From an uncultured Bacteroidota bacterium (lineage in GTDB: Bacteria; Bacteroidota; Bacteroidia; Flavobacteriales; Flavobacteriaceae), in the NCBI GenBank assembly GCA_902512065.1, contig CABXHU010000002.1:88035-152034 (forward strand): a stretch of DNA of 64,000 bases, given 5' to 3'. The notes beneath the pieces were generated by a model that saw only the letters and a list, made by a program, of their open reading frames with translations, was not told the origin of the DNA and did no database searches. The stretch's first letter is position 1, and each line of letters opens with the position of its first letter. Shown here in pieces: positions 26,906 through 38,668 of this stretch. The translations under genes and the position numbers were made by a program.

Positions 26906-28207
26906 ATGAGCAATATAATAGCAATAGTAGGAAGGCCTAATGTTGGGAAGTCAACATTGTTTAACAGAATTGTAAAGCAAAGGGAAGCTATTGTTGATTC
27001 AGTTAGTGGAGTTACTAGAGATAGACATTATGGCAAAGGTGATTGGAATGGAAAGGAATTTTCATTAATTGACACGGGAGGCTATGTTGTAGGGAGTGAA
27101 GATATATTTGAAGTGGAAATAGATAAACAAGTAGAATTAGCAATCGATGAATCTGATGTTATCATATTTATGGTTGATGTGGAAACTGGAGTAACATCTA
27201 TGGATACAGACATTGCTAATATGCTTAGAAAAATTGATAAACCAGTTTATTTAGTAATTAATAAAGTAGATAATTCTGGCAGAATTAATGATGCTAGTGA
27301 ATTTTTTGAATTAGGATTTGATAAATATTATCCTATTGCCAGTATTAATGGTTTTGGAACAGGCGATTTACTTGATGCTGTTGTTAAAGATTTTTCTGAT
27401 GATGTTGATCTTTCTGATAATTTACCAAAATTTGCTGTTGTTGGCAGACCCAATGCTGGAAAATCATCATTTATTAATGCTTTGATAGGTGAAGAAAGAA
27501 ATATTGTAACTGAAATTCCTGGAACCACTAGAGATTCAATTCATACAAGATATAACAGATTTGGATTTGAGTTTAATTTGATTGATACAGCAGGTATTAG
27601 AAGGAAATCTAAGGTAAAAGAAAATCTTGAATTTTACTCTGTAATGCGGAGTGTTAGAGCAATAGAATATTCTGATGTTTGTTTGATAATTTATGATGTA
27701 AGTAGAGGATTTGATTCACAAGTAAAAAATATTTTTTGGCTTTGCGAAAGAAATAAAAAAGGAATTGTTATTATCGTCAATAAATGGGATTTAGTTGAAA
27801 AAGATGACAAATCAACTAAGAATTATGAATCTCAAATAAGAAAGGAAATTGAACCATTTGTTGATGTTCCAATTATTTTCACTTCCATAATTAACAAGCA
27901 GAGAATATTTAAGGCAATTGAGGCAGCTGTGACAGTATATAATAATAGATCAAAAAAAATAAAGACTAAGGAACTAAATGATGTTCTATTGCCAATAATC
28001 GCAAAATACCCACCTCCATCTAATAAAGGAAAATATGTTAAAATAAAGTACATTACTCAATTACCAACTTCACATCCTCAATTTGCATTTTTTTGCAATC
28101 TACCCCAATATATAAAAGAGCCCTATAAAAGATTTTTAGAAAACAAGATAAGAGAAAACTTTGATTTGAATGGAGCTCAAATTGATATATATATGAGAAA
28201 GAAATAG
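26906..28207 (+). CDS. der: Ribosome-biogenesis GTPase Der (EngA)
   Basis: Two tandem GTPase domains (GRPNVGKST and GRPNAGKSS) plus a KH-like C-terminus. Confidence 0.95.
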   Translation: MSNIIAIVGRPNVGKSTLFNRIVKQREAIVDSVSGVTRDRHYGKGDWNGKEFSLIDTGGYVVGSEDIFEVEIDKQVELAIDESDVIIFMVDVETGVTSMDTDIANMLRKIDKPVYLVINKVDNSGRINDASEFFELGFDKYYPIASINGFGTGDLLDAVVKDFSDDVDLSDNLPKFAVVGRPNAGKSSFINALIGEERNIVTEIPGTTRDSIHTRYNRFGFEFNLIDTAGIRRKSKVKENLEFYSVMRSVRAIEYSDVCLIIYDVSRGFDSQVKNIFWLCERNKKGIVIIVNKWDLVEKDDKSTKNYESQIRKEIEPFVDVPIIFTSIINKQRIFKAIEAAVTVYNNRSKKIKTKELNDVLLPIIAKYPPPSNKGKYVKIKYITQLPTSHPQFAFFCNLPQYIKEPYKRFLENKIRENFDLNGAQIDIYMRKK

Positions 28208-28208
28208 A

Positions 28209-28538
28209 CTATAATTGCTCTTTTATCTTAATTAATCTAGATCGGATTTCTTTTAATTTATTTATAATTCCTAATGTGTCTAAAGACTTTTTTTTGTGCT
28301 CCTTTATATAAGTCTTTGCACCTTCAATAGTATACCCTCTTTCTTTAACTAAAAAATAGACATGTTTTAAATTTTCAATGTCTTGTATTGTAAATTTTCT
28401 ATTACCCTTTGAATTTTTTTTTGGATTTAAAATGGAAAATTCTGTTTCCCAGAATCTAATTAATGAAGGGTTCACCTCAAATGCATCTGCAACTTCTCCA
28501 ATCGAGTAATATCTTTTTTCAGGCAGATCAACTTTCAT
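28209..28538 (-). CDS. MerR-family transcriptional regulator
   Basis: YSIGEVADAFEVNPSLIRFWETEF is a MerR-type HTH. Size is 109 aa. Confidence 0.8.
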   Translation of the reverse strand: MKVDLPEKRYYSIGEVADAFEVNPSLIRFWETEFSILNPKKNSKGNRKFTIQDIENLKHVYFLVKERGYTIEGAKTYIKEHKKKSLDTLGIINKLKEIRSRLIKIKEQL

Positions 28539-29509
28539 TAGTCAAGAGATTGATTTACAACAGAAGTTTGTTTTAACAGCTCATCAAATTCTCTAGCAGT
28601 TAAATTACCATAATAGAAATTAACAGGATTAATTCTTACTTTATCTTTAAAAATTTCATAATGAAGATGAGGAGCATTAGATCTTCCTGTGCTTCCAACA
28701 TATCCTATTAAATCACCTCTTTTAACTTTTTGATATCTTTTTACATTGTATTTATAAAGATGGGCATATAAACTGGTATATCCATAACCGTGATCAATTC
28801 TAATATGTTTACCATATCCAGAAGACCTACTATCAACCCTTCTAACAATCCCATCGCCAGTTGCATAAACGGGTGTTCCTCTAGGAGCTGTAAAATCCAT
28901 TCCAAAATGCATCTTTAGAACTTTTGTAAATGGATCAGTTCTTTTTCCATATCCTGATGCAATTCTAGTTAAATCATTATTATTAATAGGCTGTATTGCT
29001 GGAATTGACTTTAATAATTTTTCCTTTTTAGACGCAAGTTTGGTTATTTCATCCAGGGATTTAGACTGGATAATCATTCTTTTTTGAAGAATATCTATTC
29101 TTTTAGAACTTTCTTTGATTAAATAAGAGTAATCATACCCATCAAATTTATTATACCTATTCACACCACCTATACCGGCTTTTCTTTTATCTTCACTAAT
29201 TGGGTTAGCTTCAAAATATATTCTGTAGATATTATTATCCCTTTCTTCAATATTTGATAATACATTTTCTGCATTTTCCATTGTTTTATTTAATACTTCA
29301 AATTGCATTTGTAAATTTTGAAGCTCTCTTGCTAAAGATTTTTCTCTTGGAGATTCAAAATATGTACTTCCAATTAGGATAAATAAAAACCCAAACAATG
29401 CAGATCCCAAAAGGTATACTGAAACGTATTTTAAAACAGTTGTTTTTGTTGTTTTAATTTTTTTATACGAAAGTGTTTCAGAATCGTAATAATATTTAAC
29501 TTTAGGCAT
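28538..29509 (-). CDS. M23 family metallopeptidase (membrane anchored)
   Basis: N-terminal TM segment and a coiled coil. M23 motifs are present (HFGMDF, GYGKHIRIDHG and GSTGRSNAPHLHYEI). Confidence 0.85.
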   Translation of the reverse strand: MPKVKYYYDSETLSYKKIKTTKTTVLKYVSVYLLGSALFGFLFILIGSTYFESPREKSLARELQNLQMQFEVLNKTMENAENVLSNIEERDNNIYRIYFEANPISEDKRKAGIGGVNRYNKFDGYDYSYLIKESSKRIDILQKRMIIQSKSLDEITKLASKKEKLLKSIPAIQPINNNDLTRIASGYGKRTDPFTKVLKMHFGMDFTAPRGTPVYATGDGIVRRVDSRSSGYGKHIRIDHGYGYTSLYAHLYKYNVKRYQKVKRGDLIGYVGSTGRSNAPHLHYEIFKDKVRINPVNFYYGNLTAREFDELLKQTSVVNQSLD

Positions 29510-29615
29510 AATTTAAAATTGTACTTTTGTATACCCTTATGATTACAAAAATATTTAATGCAAATATAATAATAGTTTTAATTATGTGTAATTTAATCTA
29601 ATTTATATCTGAAAA

Positions 29616-32234
29616 ATGAATTCTCAAACTATAAGAAATAAGTTTTTAGATTTTTTTATTAGTAAAAATCACAAAATACACCCTTCTGCTCCTATTATTT
29701 CAAAGAATGACCCTAGTTTAATGTTTATTAATTCAGGGATGGCTCCGTTTAAGGAATTCTTTTTAGGTGAATCTGTCTCTAAAAATAGTAGAATTGCTAA
29801 TAGTCAAAAATGTCTAAGAGTATCAGGTAAGCATAATGATTTAGAAGAAGTAGGAATAGACACATATCATCATACATTTTTTGAGATGCTAGGCAATTGG
29901 AGTTTTGGAGACTATTTTAAGCAAGAAGCAATTGAGTGGTCTTGGGAACTCTTAACAAAAGTATATAAGATTGATGCTGAAAATCTATATGTAACAATCT
30001 TTGCTGGATCCAATAAAGATGATGTTCCATTAGATACTGAAGCATTTGAAATATGGAAAAAAATAATACCAGTAGAGAGAATATTAAATTTTGGAAAGAA
30101 AGATAATTTTTGGGAAATGGGAGAACAAGGTCCTTGTGGTCCATGTAGTGAAATTCATATTGACTTAAGGAGTGAAGAAGAAAAGAAAAAAGTACCTGGA
30201 AGAAGTTTAGTTAATAAGGATCATCCCATGGTTGTTGAGCTTTGGAATTTAGTCTTTATTCAATACAACAGAAAGGCTAATGGTAAATTAGTGGATTTGC
30301 CTAAAAAACATATAGATACAGGAATGGGATTCGAGAGATTATGTATGGTTGTGCAAGGGGTGGATTCAAATTATTCAACTGATGTTTTTACTCCTATAAT
30401 AAGAGAAATTGAGACAATTACTGGATTTGATTATGGAGAAGATAAAAATATAGATATAGCTATGAGAGTAATATCTGACCATTTAAGGGCAGTCACTTTC
30501 TCAATTTCTGATGGTCAGCTTCCAAGTAATACTGGAGCTGGTTATGTTATAAGACGTATTTTAAGAAGAGCTATTAGATATGCCTTTACTTTTTTAGAGA
30601 AAAAAGAACCTTTTATATACAGATTAGTTGGAGTTTTAGTTAAAAAAATGGGAGATTCATATCTAGAAATTAAATCTCAAAGGAAATTAATAGAGAATGT
30701 AATTAAAGAGGAGGAGAGTTCGTTTTTAAAGACATTAGACCAAGGATTGGTGCTTTTAGATGAAATAATTAATTCAAGTAAGAAAAAGATGATTTCTGGT
30801 GAAAAAGCATTTGAATTATATGACACATTTGGATTCCCTGTTGACTTGACTTCTTTAATATTAAATGAAAAAGGATTTAAACTGGATATAAAAGGATTTG
30901 AGAAGGAATTAGAAAACCAAAAAAATAGATCAAGAGCTGCTAGTGAAAAATCTGTTGATGATTGGGTAGTTTTAATTGATGATCCAGTTCAAGAATTTGT
31001 AGGATATGATTCATTAGATTCTAAAGTTAAATTAGTAAAATATAGAAAAGTAGTTTCTTCAAAGGATGGAGAATTGTATCAATTAGTTTTTAATTTAACA
31101 CCTTTCTATGCTGAATCTGGAGGTCAAATTGGGGACAAAGGCTATTTAGAATCTCCTAATGGCGATATTATATACATAACTGATACTATCAAAGAAGGAA
31201 ATTTATCTGTACATATTGTAAAAAACCTTCCAAAAAACATGTCAGAGACATTTAATGCTGTAGTTGATAAAAAGCAAAGATTTAGAACACAATGCAACCA
31301 TACTGCAACCCACCTACTTCATCAAGCTTTAAGAGAAGTCCTTGGTGAACATGTACAACAAAAGGGTAGTAGGGTAAGCTCTGATCATTTGCGTTTTGAT
31401 TTTTCACATTTTTCTAAAGTTAACATAGATCAATTAAGTGAGATTGAAAATTTTGTGAATTCAAGAATTGATGGTAAACTTGATTTGGAAGAACAGAGAA
31501 ATGTCCCAATTGACAAAGCTATTTCTAATGGAGCTATTGCCTTATTTGATGAAAAATATGGTGATACCGTAAGAACTGTTAAATTTGGAAACTCTTATGA
31601 ACTTTGTGGCGGAACACATGTAAGAAACACTTCAGATATATGGCAATTTAAAATAAAATCTGAGGGAGCAATTGCTTCAGGTATAAGAAGAATTGAAGCT
31701 ATTACATTTGATTCAGTTAAAGAATATTATGCTGATAAAGAAACTGATTATAATAAGACTAAAAAATTATTAAATAATTCAGGAGATATTGTTAAATCTA
31801 TTTCAGATTTAATTGATGAAAATAATAGATTAAGAAAAGAAAGAGATAAGTTTATAAAAGAGAAAACAAATTTTATAAAAGATGAAATTAAATCTGAGAT
31901 AAAGGAAAAAAAGAGAATTAAATTTATTTCAAAAAATATTTCTTTAGATCCTTCTGCAATGAAAGATTTAATTTTTAGTCTAGGCAATGAATTAGATAAT
32001 TTATTTGCTATTCTAATTTCTGAGTATAATTCTAAAGTATACATAAGTTGTTATATTTCAAAAGAACTTTCAGAAAGCAAAAACTATGATGCTCGTGAAG
32101 TAATCAATGAGTTATCAAAACATGTAAAGGCAAATGGTGGGGGACAAGCATTTTATGCTACTGCTGGAGGAGATTACTTAAAAGGAGTCGATAAGCTTTC
32201 TAAAGCATCCTCAAATTATCATAAAAATATTTAA
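29616..32234 (+). CDS. alaS: Alanine--tRNA ligase
   Basis: [15 protein letters not shown], the editing-domain motif HTATHLL, and a C-terminal DHHA1-like domain. Size is 872 aa. Confidence 0.95.
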   Translation: MNSQTIRNKFLDFFISKNHKIHPSAPIISKNDPSLMFINSGMAPFKEFFLGESVSKNSRIANSQKCLRVSGKHNDLEEVGIDTYHHTFFEMLGNWSFGDYFKQEAIEWSWELLTKVYKIDAENLYVTIFAGSNKDDVPLDTEAFEIWKKIIPVERILNFGKKDNFWEMGEQGPCGPCSEIHIDLRSEEEKKKVPGRSLVNKDHPMVVELWNLVFIQYNRKANGKLVDLPKKHIDTGMGFERLCMVVQGVDSNYSTDVFTPIIREIETITGFDYGEDKNIDIAMRVISDHLRAVTFSISDGQLPSNTGAGYVIRRILRRAIRYAFTFLEKKEPFIYRLVGVLVKKMGDSYLEIKSQRKLIENVIKEEESSFLKTLDQGLVLLDEIINSSKKKMISGEKAFELYDTFGFPVDLTSLILNEKGFKLDIKGFEKELENQKNRSRAASEKSVDDWVVLIDDPVQEFVGYDSLDSKVKLVKYRKVVSSKDGELYQLVFNLTPFYAESGGQIGDKGYLESPNGDIIYITDTIKEGNLSVHIVKNLPKNMSETFNAVVDKKQRFRTQCNHTATHLLHQALREVLGEHVQQKGSRVSSDHLRFDFSHFSKVNIDQLSEIENFVNSRIDGKLDLEEQRNVPIDKAISNGAIALFDEKYGDTVRTVKFGNSYELCGGTHVRNTSDIWQFKIKSEGAIASGIRRIEAITFDSVKEYYADKETDYNKTKKLLNNSGDIVKSISDLIDENNRLRKERDKFIKEKTNFIKDEIKSEIKEKKRIKFISKNISLDPSAMKDLIFSLGNELDNLFAILISEYNSKVYISCYISKELSESKNYDAREVINELSKHVKANGGGQAFYATAGGDYLKGVDKLSKASSNYHKNI

Positions 32235-32245
32235 TAATTAATTTT

Positions 32246-33187
32246 ATGGAATTTTCTAAGGATTTACTGTTAGAAATTCACAATAATATTAAACCCTTTA
32301 TTAATAAAACTCCTGTATTGGAATATGATTTTATTAATGAGCTATGTGATTGTAATGTCTATTTTAAATGTGAAAATTTTCAAAAGACAGGATCTTTTAA
32401 AATTAGAGCAGCTTCAAATGCATTAAGATGTTTACCTAAAGAGTCTAAAGAAAAGGGAGTTATAACTCATTCATCAGGAAATTTTGCTCAAGGATTAGCA
32501 TGCGCATCTAATCTTCAGGATATAAATGCTTATATAGTTATGCCAGAAAATGCTCCTGAATTTAAAAAACATTCTGTACTAAAATATGATATAAATTTGA
32601 TTGAATGTGAATCAACTATTGAAGCTAGAGAAAAAACTACTTCAAAAATTTTAATAGAAAATGACTTACATTTTATACATCCGTCAAATGATCTTAATGT
32701 AATTTTAGGAAATTCAACAATAGGCACTGAATTGTTAGAAGAAATTCCAGATTTAGATTTTATTTTCTCTCCAATTGGAGGTGGAGGACTAATTTCAGGA
32801 ATTGCTATTGCTTCAAATGTTTTTTCTAATAAATGTAAGGTAGTGGGTGTTGAGCCGAAACAAGTAGATGACGCTTACAGGTCTTTAAAGTCGGGTATCA
32901 TTGAATACAACACAAACACAGACACCATTGCAGATGGATTAAGAACTAATTTAGGAGATATTAATTTCCCAATAATTAAGAAATTAATAAAAGATATTAT
33001 CTGTGTCAGTGAAGATGAGATTATAAGTGCATTGAAAATTTTTATTGAAAGATTAGATGTTATTATTGAGCCTTCAAGTGCTGTAGCATTAGCTGGATTG
33101 ATTAGAAAAAAAAAATATTATAAAAATAAAAAAATAGGTGTAGTTATTTCTGGCGGAAATGTAGATTTAAACGCTCTAAATATTTAA
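32246..33187 (+). CDS. PLP-dependent threonine/serine dehydratase-family enzyme (Trp-synthase beta superfamily)
   Basis: KCENFQKTGSFKIRAA is the PLP-lysine motif. HSSGNFAQG and the glycine loop IGGGGLISG are also present. Confidence 0.8.
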   Translation: MEFSKDLLLEIHNNIKPFINKTPVLEYDFINELCDCNVYFKCENFQKTGSFKIRAASNALRCLPKESKEKGVITHSSGNFAQGLACASNLQDINAYIVMPENAPEFKKHSVLKYDINLIECESTIEAREKTTSKILIENDLHFIHPSNDLNVILGNSTIGTELLEEIPDLDFIFSPIGGGGLISGIAIASNVFSNKCKVVGVEPKQVDDAYRSLKSGIIEYNTNTDTIADGLRTNLGDINFPIIKKLIKDIICVSEDEIISALKIFIERLDVIIEPSSAVALAGLIRKKKYYKNKKIGVVISGGNVDLNALNI

Positions 33188-34030
33188 CAGATTAGAGAAA
33201 GCCTTTTGCCATCTATGTTTTCTAATAAACCGACCTTGTTCTTTAGTAACAATTCTTTCTTTTCTTTTAATAATTGCATTAATATATCCAAAAAAAGCAA
33301 AAAATATCATTAGGAGTCTTCCAGTATTGATTGAAGTTTTTAATACAGAAACTATGCTTAAAAGCAAGCCAAATCTCATTTTATATAATGCTTCTCCTTG
33401 AAGAAATTTAGAATGATAACTATAGTTTGCTCCTGTGGGTTTTAGATGTTTAACTGCCAGTGACTTATCTGTTTTTATTTTCCAGTCATGATATTGCGCA
33501 ATTAACACATCTACTGTGTCCCAGCCTATCGATTTTCTTAATCCTTGAATATCTTCAAAACATTTTTTTCTATAGGATTTGATTGGCCCTCTAACATGAT
33601 TTTTTGATGAGATTTTTTCATATACCCATTTGTTTTTTTTCTTTATATATAGATTTCCTCCAGCTATTCCGACTTTTGGGTCAGTATTGAATATATTTAT
33701 AATTGATTCAAGATAATTTTCAGGCAATATAATATCAGCATCAAATTTGCATATTATATCATAATTTGAATCAATTTTTTCTAAGCCTTTATAAAAAGTT
33801 CTAATTATTTTCTCTCCAGGAATATGCGCTTGATTTGATTTTATATTTATGTATTCAATCCATAAAAATTCTTTAGCATATTTTTTTAAAATAGTTTCTG
33901 AGTTATCACTTGAATTATCATTTACTAGTAAAAGTTTAGTTGGAAGCAAAGTCTGTTCTATTATGGATTCTATACATCTGTCAAGATGTTTTTCTTCGTT
34001 AAATACGGGAATTATAATGGTAATATTCAT
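33176..34030 (-). CDS. Family 2 glycosyltransferase with C-terminal TM helices
   Basis: The N-terminus is a standard GT2 start (NITIIIPVFNEEKHLDRCIESI), with VNDNSSDNS and FDADI (DxD). The tail is hydrophobic. Confidence 0.8.
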   Translation of the reverse strand: MNITIIIPVFNEEKHLDRCIESIIEQTLLPTKLLLVNDNSSDNSETILKKYAKEFLWIEYINIKSNQAHIPGEKIIRTFYKGLEKIDSNYDIICKFDADIILPENYLESIINIFNTDPKVGIAGGNLYIKKKNKWVYEKISSKNHVRGPIKSYRKKCFEDIQGLRKSIGWDTVDVLIAQYHDWKIKTDKSLAVKHLKPTGANYSYHSKFLQGEALYKMRFGLLLSIVSVLKTSINTGRLLMIFFAFFGYINAIIKRKERIVTKEQGRFIRKHRWQKAFSNLLNI

Positions 34031-34038
34031 AGATTCAA

Positions 34039-34560
34039 TCAGATTTTTTCTGCGTAGACTAAATAGTATCTATCAGTAAATAGTCTAAGCATTGGCCTTA
34101 AACCTATCTTTTTAACAGGATTTGTAAACTTTTTATAATCTACGATTTTCCAACCCGTATTATTTAGTAACCAATCAAATTGCCAATCTTCAAATTCATG
34201 AAAATGCCTATCTCTGTCATCATTACTGTTTTTATAAGCACCTGCAAACCATAATCTTAGAGGAATACTTGCTACAAGTTTTTTTGCTTTAATATCTTTC
34301 AGCACACTATAAGGATTTAGTAGGTGTTCAAAAATCTCAAATGCAGTGATGACCTCAGCATTTGAATTTTTTATAGTAGATCTGTCAATATCAAGATTTT
34401 CTCCAGAAGTATTATTTATATTATACCCATTTTTTTTTATTAATGATGAGAGTGGATTTTCAACTCCAAGATCTAAAATTAATTCGTCTTTTTCTATATG
34501 TTTTTGTAAAAACTCAAGTGTTATTTTAAATCTTTTATATGGAAAATTATCATTATACAT
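34039..34560 (-). CDS. Small class I SAM-dependent methyltransferase-like protein
   Basis: ILDLGVENP resembles motif I and AFEIFEHLLNPYSVLKDI resembles the post-II motif of Methyltransf_11/23-type proteins. Confidence 0.5.
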   Translation of the reverse strand: MYNDNFPYKRFKITLEFLQKHIEKDELILDLGVENPLSSLIKKNGYNINNTSGENLDIDRSTIKNSNAEVITAFEIFEHLLNPYSVLKDIKAKKLVASIPLRLWFAGAYKNSNDDRDRHFHEFEDWQFDWLLNNTGWKIVDYKKFTNPVKKIGLRPMLRLFTDRYYLVYAEKI

Positions 34561-34569
34561 TTATCAATT

Positions 34570-35625
34570 TTAATATTGATAAACCATTGCATTAATATGC
34601 ATTCCAGCTCCAACACTAGCAAAAATTATAATATCACCAGAATTAAAAACATGATTATCTAATTTTTTTCTTCTAATTAAATCAAACATTGTGGGAATGG
34701 TTGCAACAGAGCTATTTCCAAAATATTTAACAGTTAATGGCATAATATCTTCATCAAATTCCATGTCATATAATTTATATAATCTTTTACCCATAGCTGT
34801 ATCCATTTTTGCATTGGCTTGATGAAGTAATATTTTTTTAACATCTGATATTTTCACTCCAGCTTCATCAATACACATTTTTATTGCTTTTGGAACATTT
34901 GTTAGGGCAAATTCGTAGACTTTTCTACCATTCATTTTTATATATCTGGTATTATTTGATATTTCTTTATTTGATTTTCCATAAAATAAATAATATAGCT
35001 GATCTTCTGTATATGATTCAGTTTTATGAGATAAAATTCCACCTTCTTTATCAGAATTCTCAATAATAGTCGCTCCAGCACCATCTGCAAAAATCATTGA
35101 ATCTCTGTCATATTCATCAACAACTCGTGATAGCGTATCTGCACCAATGGCTAAACAACGTTTTGCCATTCCTGATTTTATAAAACTCTTTGCTTGAATA
35201 ACTGCTTCTAGCCAACCTGGACATCCAAATAGAATATCATACGCTACGCATTGTGGATTTTTAATTTTTAATAAATTTTTAATTCTTACAGCTATTCCTG
35301 GAAAAACATCAATTTCATCTGTATTATATTTAACGTTTCCAAAATTGTGAGCAACAATAATGTAATCAATAGTTTCAGGATCAATACAAGCATTTTCAAT
35401 TGCATTCTTTGCAGCTATATATCCAAGATCAGAAGTATTTAAATCATTTTCCGCATATCTTCTTTCCTTAATTCCAGTGATTTTCTCAAATTTTTCAATG
35501 ATTTCAGTATTAGGTGTATCAATTTCACTTCCATCAGAGTTGTAAAATGAATTATTAATAAATTTAGAATTTTCTTGAATAGCTTCTGGAATACAACTTC
35601 CGCTCCCTATAATTTTTATTCCCAT
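34570..35625 (-). CDS. 3-oxoacyl-ACP synthase III (FabH-like KAS III)
   Basis: The Cys-His-Asn triad context is present: FGCPGWLEA, LHQANAKM and GNSSVATIP. Confidence 0.8.
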   Translation of the reverse strand: MGIKIIGSGSCIPEAIQENSKFINNSFYNSDGSEIDTPNTEIIEKFEKITGIKERRYAENDLNTSDLGYIAAKNAIENACIDPETIDYIIVAHNFGNVKYNTDEIDVFPGIAVRIKNLLKIKNPQCVAYDILFGCPGWLEAVIQAKSFIKSGMAKRCLAIGADTLSRVVDEYDRDSMIFADGAGATIIENSDKEGGILSHKTESYTEDQLYYLFYGKSNKEISNNTRYIKMNGRKVYEFALTNVPKAIKMCIDEAGVKISDVKKILLHQANAKMDTAMGKRLYKLYDMEFDEDIMPLTVKYFGNSSVATIPTMFDLIRRKKLDNHVFNSGDIIIFASVGAGMHINAMVYQY

Positions 35626-35684
35626 TTTATTTTTATAATACTTTCTATGTTAAACTTATTAAATATTAATAATTAATTAAAACA

Positions 35685-38528
35685 TTAACTACTATATTCT
35701 TCGATTGAAATACAATTACATATTAAATTTCTATCCCCATGAGCATCATCTACTCTTCTAACTGACGGCCAAAACTTGTTCTTTCTTAAGTATTCAATAG
35801 GGAACGCAGCTTTTTCTCTAGAATAATTATGACTCCATTTATCAGATGTAACCATTGAAAGAGTATGAGGTGCATTTTTTAGAATATTATTTTTATCATT
35901 TTCTGAACACTTTGATATTTCTTCCCAGATTGATAACATAGCATCACAGAATCTATCTAATTCTTTTTTACTTTCACTTTCTGTTGGTTCAATCATAAGA
36001 GTACCTGCTACTGGGAAGGAAACAGTAGGCGCATGAAATCCATAGTCAATTAATCTTTTAGCAATATCACTAACCTCTATTCCATTATCTTTAAATGGTC
36101 TACAGTCAATTATCATTTCATGTGCAGCTCTTCCAAATTCTCCAGAGTATAAAATTTTATATTTTTTTGATAATCTTTCTTTTATATAATTGGCATTTAA
36201 AATAGCGACTTTTGTTGCTGTAGTAAGTCCTTTTGTACCTAGCATAGATATATATCCATATGATATTAAACAAGCTAATGCTGAACCATATGGAGCTGAT
36301 GATATAGCATTAATTGCATTAGATCCACCTACATTAATTATTGGATTTGAGGGCAAGAATGGAGATAAGTGTTCAGCTACACAAATTGGCCCAACTCCAG
36401 GCCCACCTCCACCATGTGGAATTGCAAAAGTTTTATGAAGATTAAGATGGCATACATCAGCACCAATTATTTTGGGATTTGTTATACCAACTTGAGCATT
36501 CATATTTGCTCCATCCATGTATACTTGACCACCATTATTGTGAATAAGATTTGTTATTTCAATTATGTTTGACTCAAAAACCCCATGAGTAGATGGGTAC
36601 GTTATCATTAGTGCTGCTAAATTTTCTTTATGTTCAATAGTCTTTGCGCATAAATCATCAATATCAATACTCCCTTTTTCATTTGCTTTTACTACTACAA
36701 CTTTCATTCCTGCCATTACTGCACTTGCTGGGTTAGTTCCATGAGCTGAAGAAGGAATTAAACATATATTTCTATTAAAATCACCACTGCTTTCGTGAAA
36801 TGCTTTAATCACCATAAGACCTGCGTATTCACCTTGTGCACCAGAATTGGGCTGTAATGATGTTGCTGAAAATCCGGTAATCTCTTTAAGTTGATTTTCA
36901 AGTCTTTTTAAGACATAATCATAGCCTTTAGTTTGAGAATTTGGAGCAAATGGATGTATGTTTCCCCATCTATTCCAGCTAAGAGGAAGCATCTCTGCAG
37001 CAGCATTTAATTTCATAGTACATGATCCTAATGAAATCATAGACCTATTAAGAGCTAAATCTTTGTTTTCTAGAGATTTTATATATCTCATTAATTCAGT
37101 TTCTGAATGATAGGAATTAAATACAGAATTTGTTAAAAATTCAGTTTTTCTATGAAACAATTTATCATCTATATTCTCTTCTATCTTATCTAATTTTGTA
37201 AATGGTTTATTTGTGATTATAGAAAAAACTGATATAATATCATTTAGATCATCAATAGTGGTGGTTTCATTAATAGTAATGGAAACAATATTTTCTGATG
37301 GATAATGAAAATTTATCTCTTTTTTTACGGCTTCTTTTTTTATTTTACCTCTATTTGCTTCGATTCTTATGGTATCAAAAAAAGATGAATTTAACTGCTT
37401 TAGTCCAAATAATTTCAGGTTTTTTGACAATGTTCTAGCAGTATGATGAACTTTATTAGCAATTTCTCTTAAACCTTCAGGCCCATGGTACACTGCATAC
37501 ATTCCAGCCATAACTGCCAGTAAAACTTGTGCTGTGCAAATATTTGATGTAGCTCTGTCTCTTTTAATATGCTGTTCTCTTGTCTGTAGAGCCATTCTAA
37601 GAGCCTTATCACCATCACAATCAATTGATACACCAATAATTCTACCAGGTATATTCCTTTTATATGCTTTTTTGGTTGCAAAATAGCCAGCATGCGGCCC
37701 ACCATATCCCAATGGTATTCCAAATCTCTGAGTTGTTCCAACTACAACATCTACCCCTAGTTTACCAGGAGATTCTAATAATACTAAGCTTAAAATATCA
37801 GCAGCAACAGCAGTTTTAATATTATTTGAAATACATTTTGAAATAAACGAATCGATATTCTTTATTTCTCCAGATGCACCAGGGTATTGAATTAGTGCAC
37901 CAAAAAATGTAGAATCAAATTTAAAATCTTCAATACTCCCAACTACTAACTCAATTCCAATTGGCTTAGATCTTGTATTTAAAACTGATAAAGTTTGAGG
38001 GAAAATATCTTTAGAAACAAAAAACCTTGATACATTGTTTTTTTTCTGATCTCTATCTCTTATTGCATAAAGCAGAGTCATAGCTTCAGCGGCAGCAGTG
38101 CTTTCATCCAAAAGAGATGCATTAGAGATTTCCATTCCCGTTAAATCAGTAATCATTGTTTGGAAGTTAAGTAGTGCTTCCATTCTGCCTTGTGATATTT
38201 CTGCTTGGTATGGAGTATATGCTGTATACCATCCAGGATTTTCTAAAATATTTCTTTGTATAACTGCTGGTAAATATGATCTGTTATAACCAAGTCCTAT
38301 ATATGATTTAAAAACCTTGTTTAATGCAGATATTTTTTTTAAATGCGTTAAATATTCTGATTCGCTTAATGGTTTATCAAGCTTTATATTTTCTTTTAAT
38401 TTAATATCATTAGGAAGGGTCTGATCAATAAGTTCGTCAAGTGATTTAGCCTTGATAACTTTAAGCATATTTTTGATATCTTCATCTCGTGGACCAATAT
38501 GTCTTATTAGAAAAGATTCAGTATTCAT
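35685..38528 (-). CDS. gcvP: Glycine dehydrogenase (decarboxylating), single-chain P protein
   Basis: 947 aa. Contains FIRHIGP, YTPYQAEISQGRMEALLNFQ and the PLP site LNLHKTFAIPHGGGGPG. Confidence 0.95.
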   Translation of the reverse strand: MNTESFLIRHIGPRDEDIKNMLKVIKAKSLDELIDQTLPNDIKLKENIKLDKPLSESEYLTHLKKISALNKVFKSYIGLGYNRSYLPAVIQRNILENPGWYTAYTPYQAEISQGRMEALLNFQTMITDLTGMEISNASLLDESTAAAEAMTLLYAIRDRDQKKNNVSRFFVSKDIFPQTLSVLNTRSKPIGIELVVGSIEDFKFDSTFFGALIQYPGASGEIKNIDSFISKCISNNIKTAVAADILSLVLLESPGKLGVDVVVGTTQRFGIPLGYGGPHAGYFATKKAYKRNIPGRIIGVSIDCDGDKALRMALQTREQHIKRDRATSNICTAQVLLAVMAGMYAVYHGPEGLREIANKVHHTARTLSKNLKLFGLKQLNSSFFDTIRIEANRGKIKKEAVKKEINFHYPSENIVSITINETTTIDDLNDIISVFSIITNKPFTKLDKIEENIDDKLFHRKTEFLTNSVFNSYHSETELMRYIKSLENKDLALNRSMISLGSCTMKLNAAAEMLPLSWNRWGNIHPFAPNSQTKGYDYVLKRLENQLKEITGFSATSLQPNSGAQGEYAGLMVIKAFHESSGDFNRNICLIPSSAHGTNPASAVMAGMKVVVVKANEKGSIDIDDLCAKTIEHKENLAALMITYPSTHGVFESNIIEITNLIHNNGGQVYMDGANMNAQVGITNPKIIGADVCHLNLHKTFAIPHGGGGPGVGPICVAEHLSPFLPSNPIINVGGSNAINAISSAPYGSALACLISYGYISMLGTKGLTTATKVAILNANYIKERLSKKYKILYSGEFGRAAHEMIIDCRPFKDNGIEVSDIAKRLIDYGFHAPTVSFPVAGTLMIEPTESESKKELDRFCDAMLSIWEEISKCSENDKNNILKNAPHTLSMVTSDKWSHNYSREKAAFPIEYLRKNKFWPSVRRVDDAHGDRNLICNCISIEEYSS

Positions 38529-38668
38529 TTAATGATGAATTAGTGGATGTAAAAATACTTAAATAATCATATTATTATAATAATATCTATTATTAATTTT
38601 AAACAAGATTATAAGTTTATTAACAAACAAATATTAGATGAAAAAATTAAAAGAATTTTTTAATTATT

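Noticed and set aside
38529-38668. Possible glycine riboswitch upstream of gcvP
   Set aside because: The 140-nt leader is almost pure A/T. It lacks the conserved GGAGAG / CACCG-type cores and any convincing paired aptamer stems.
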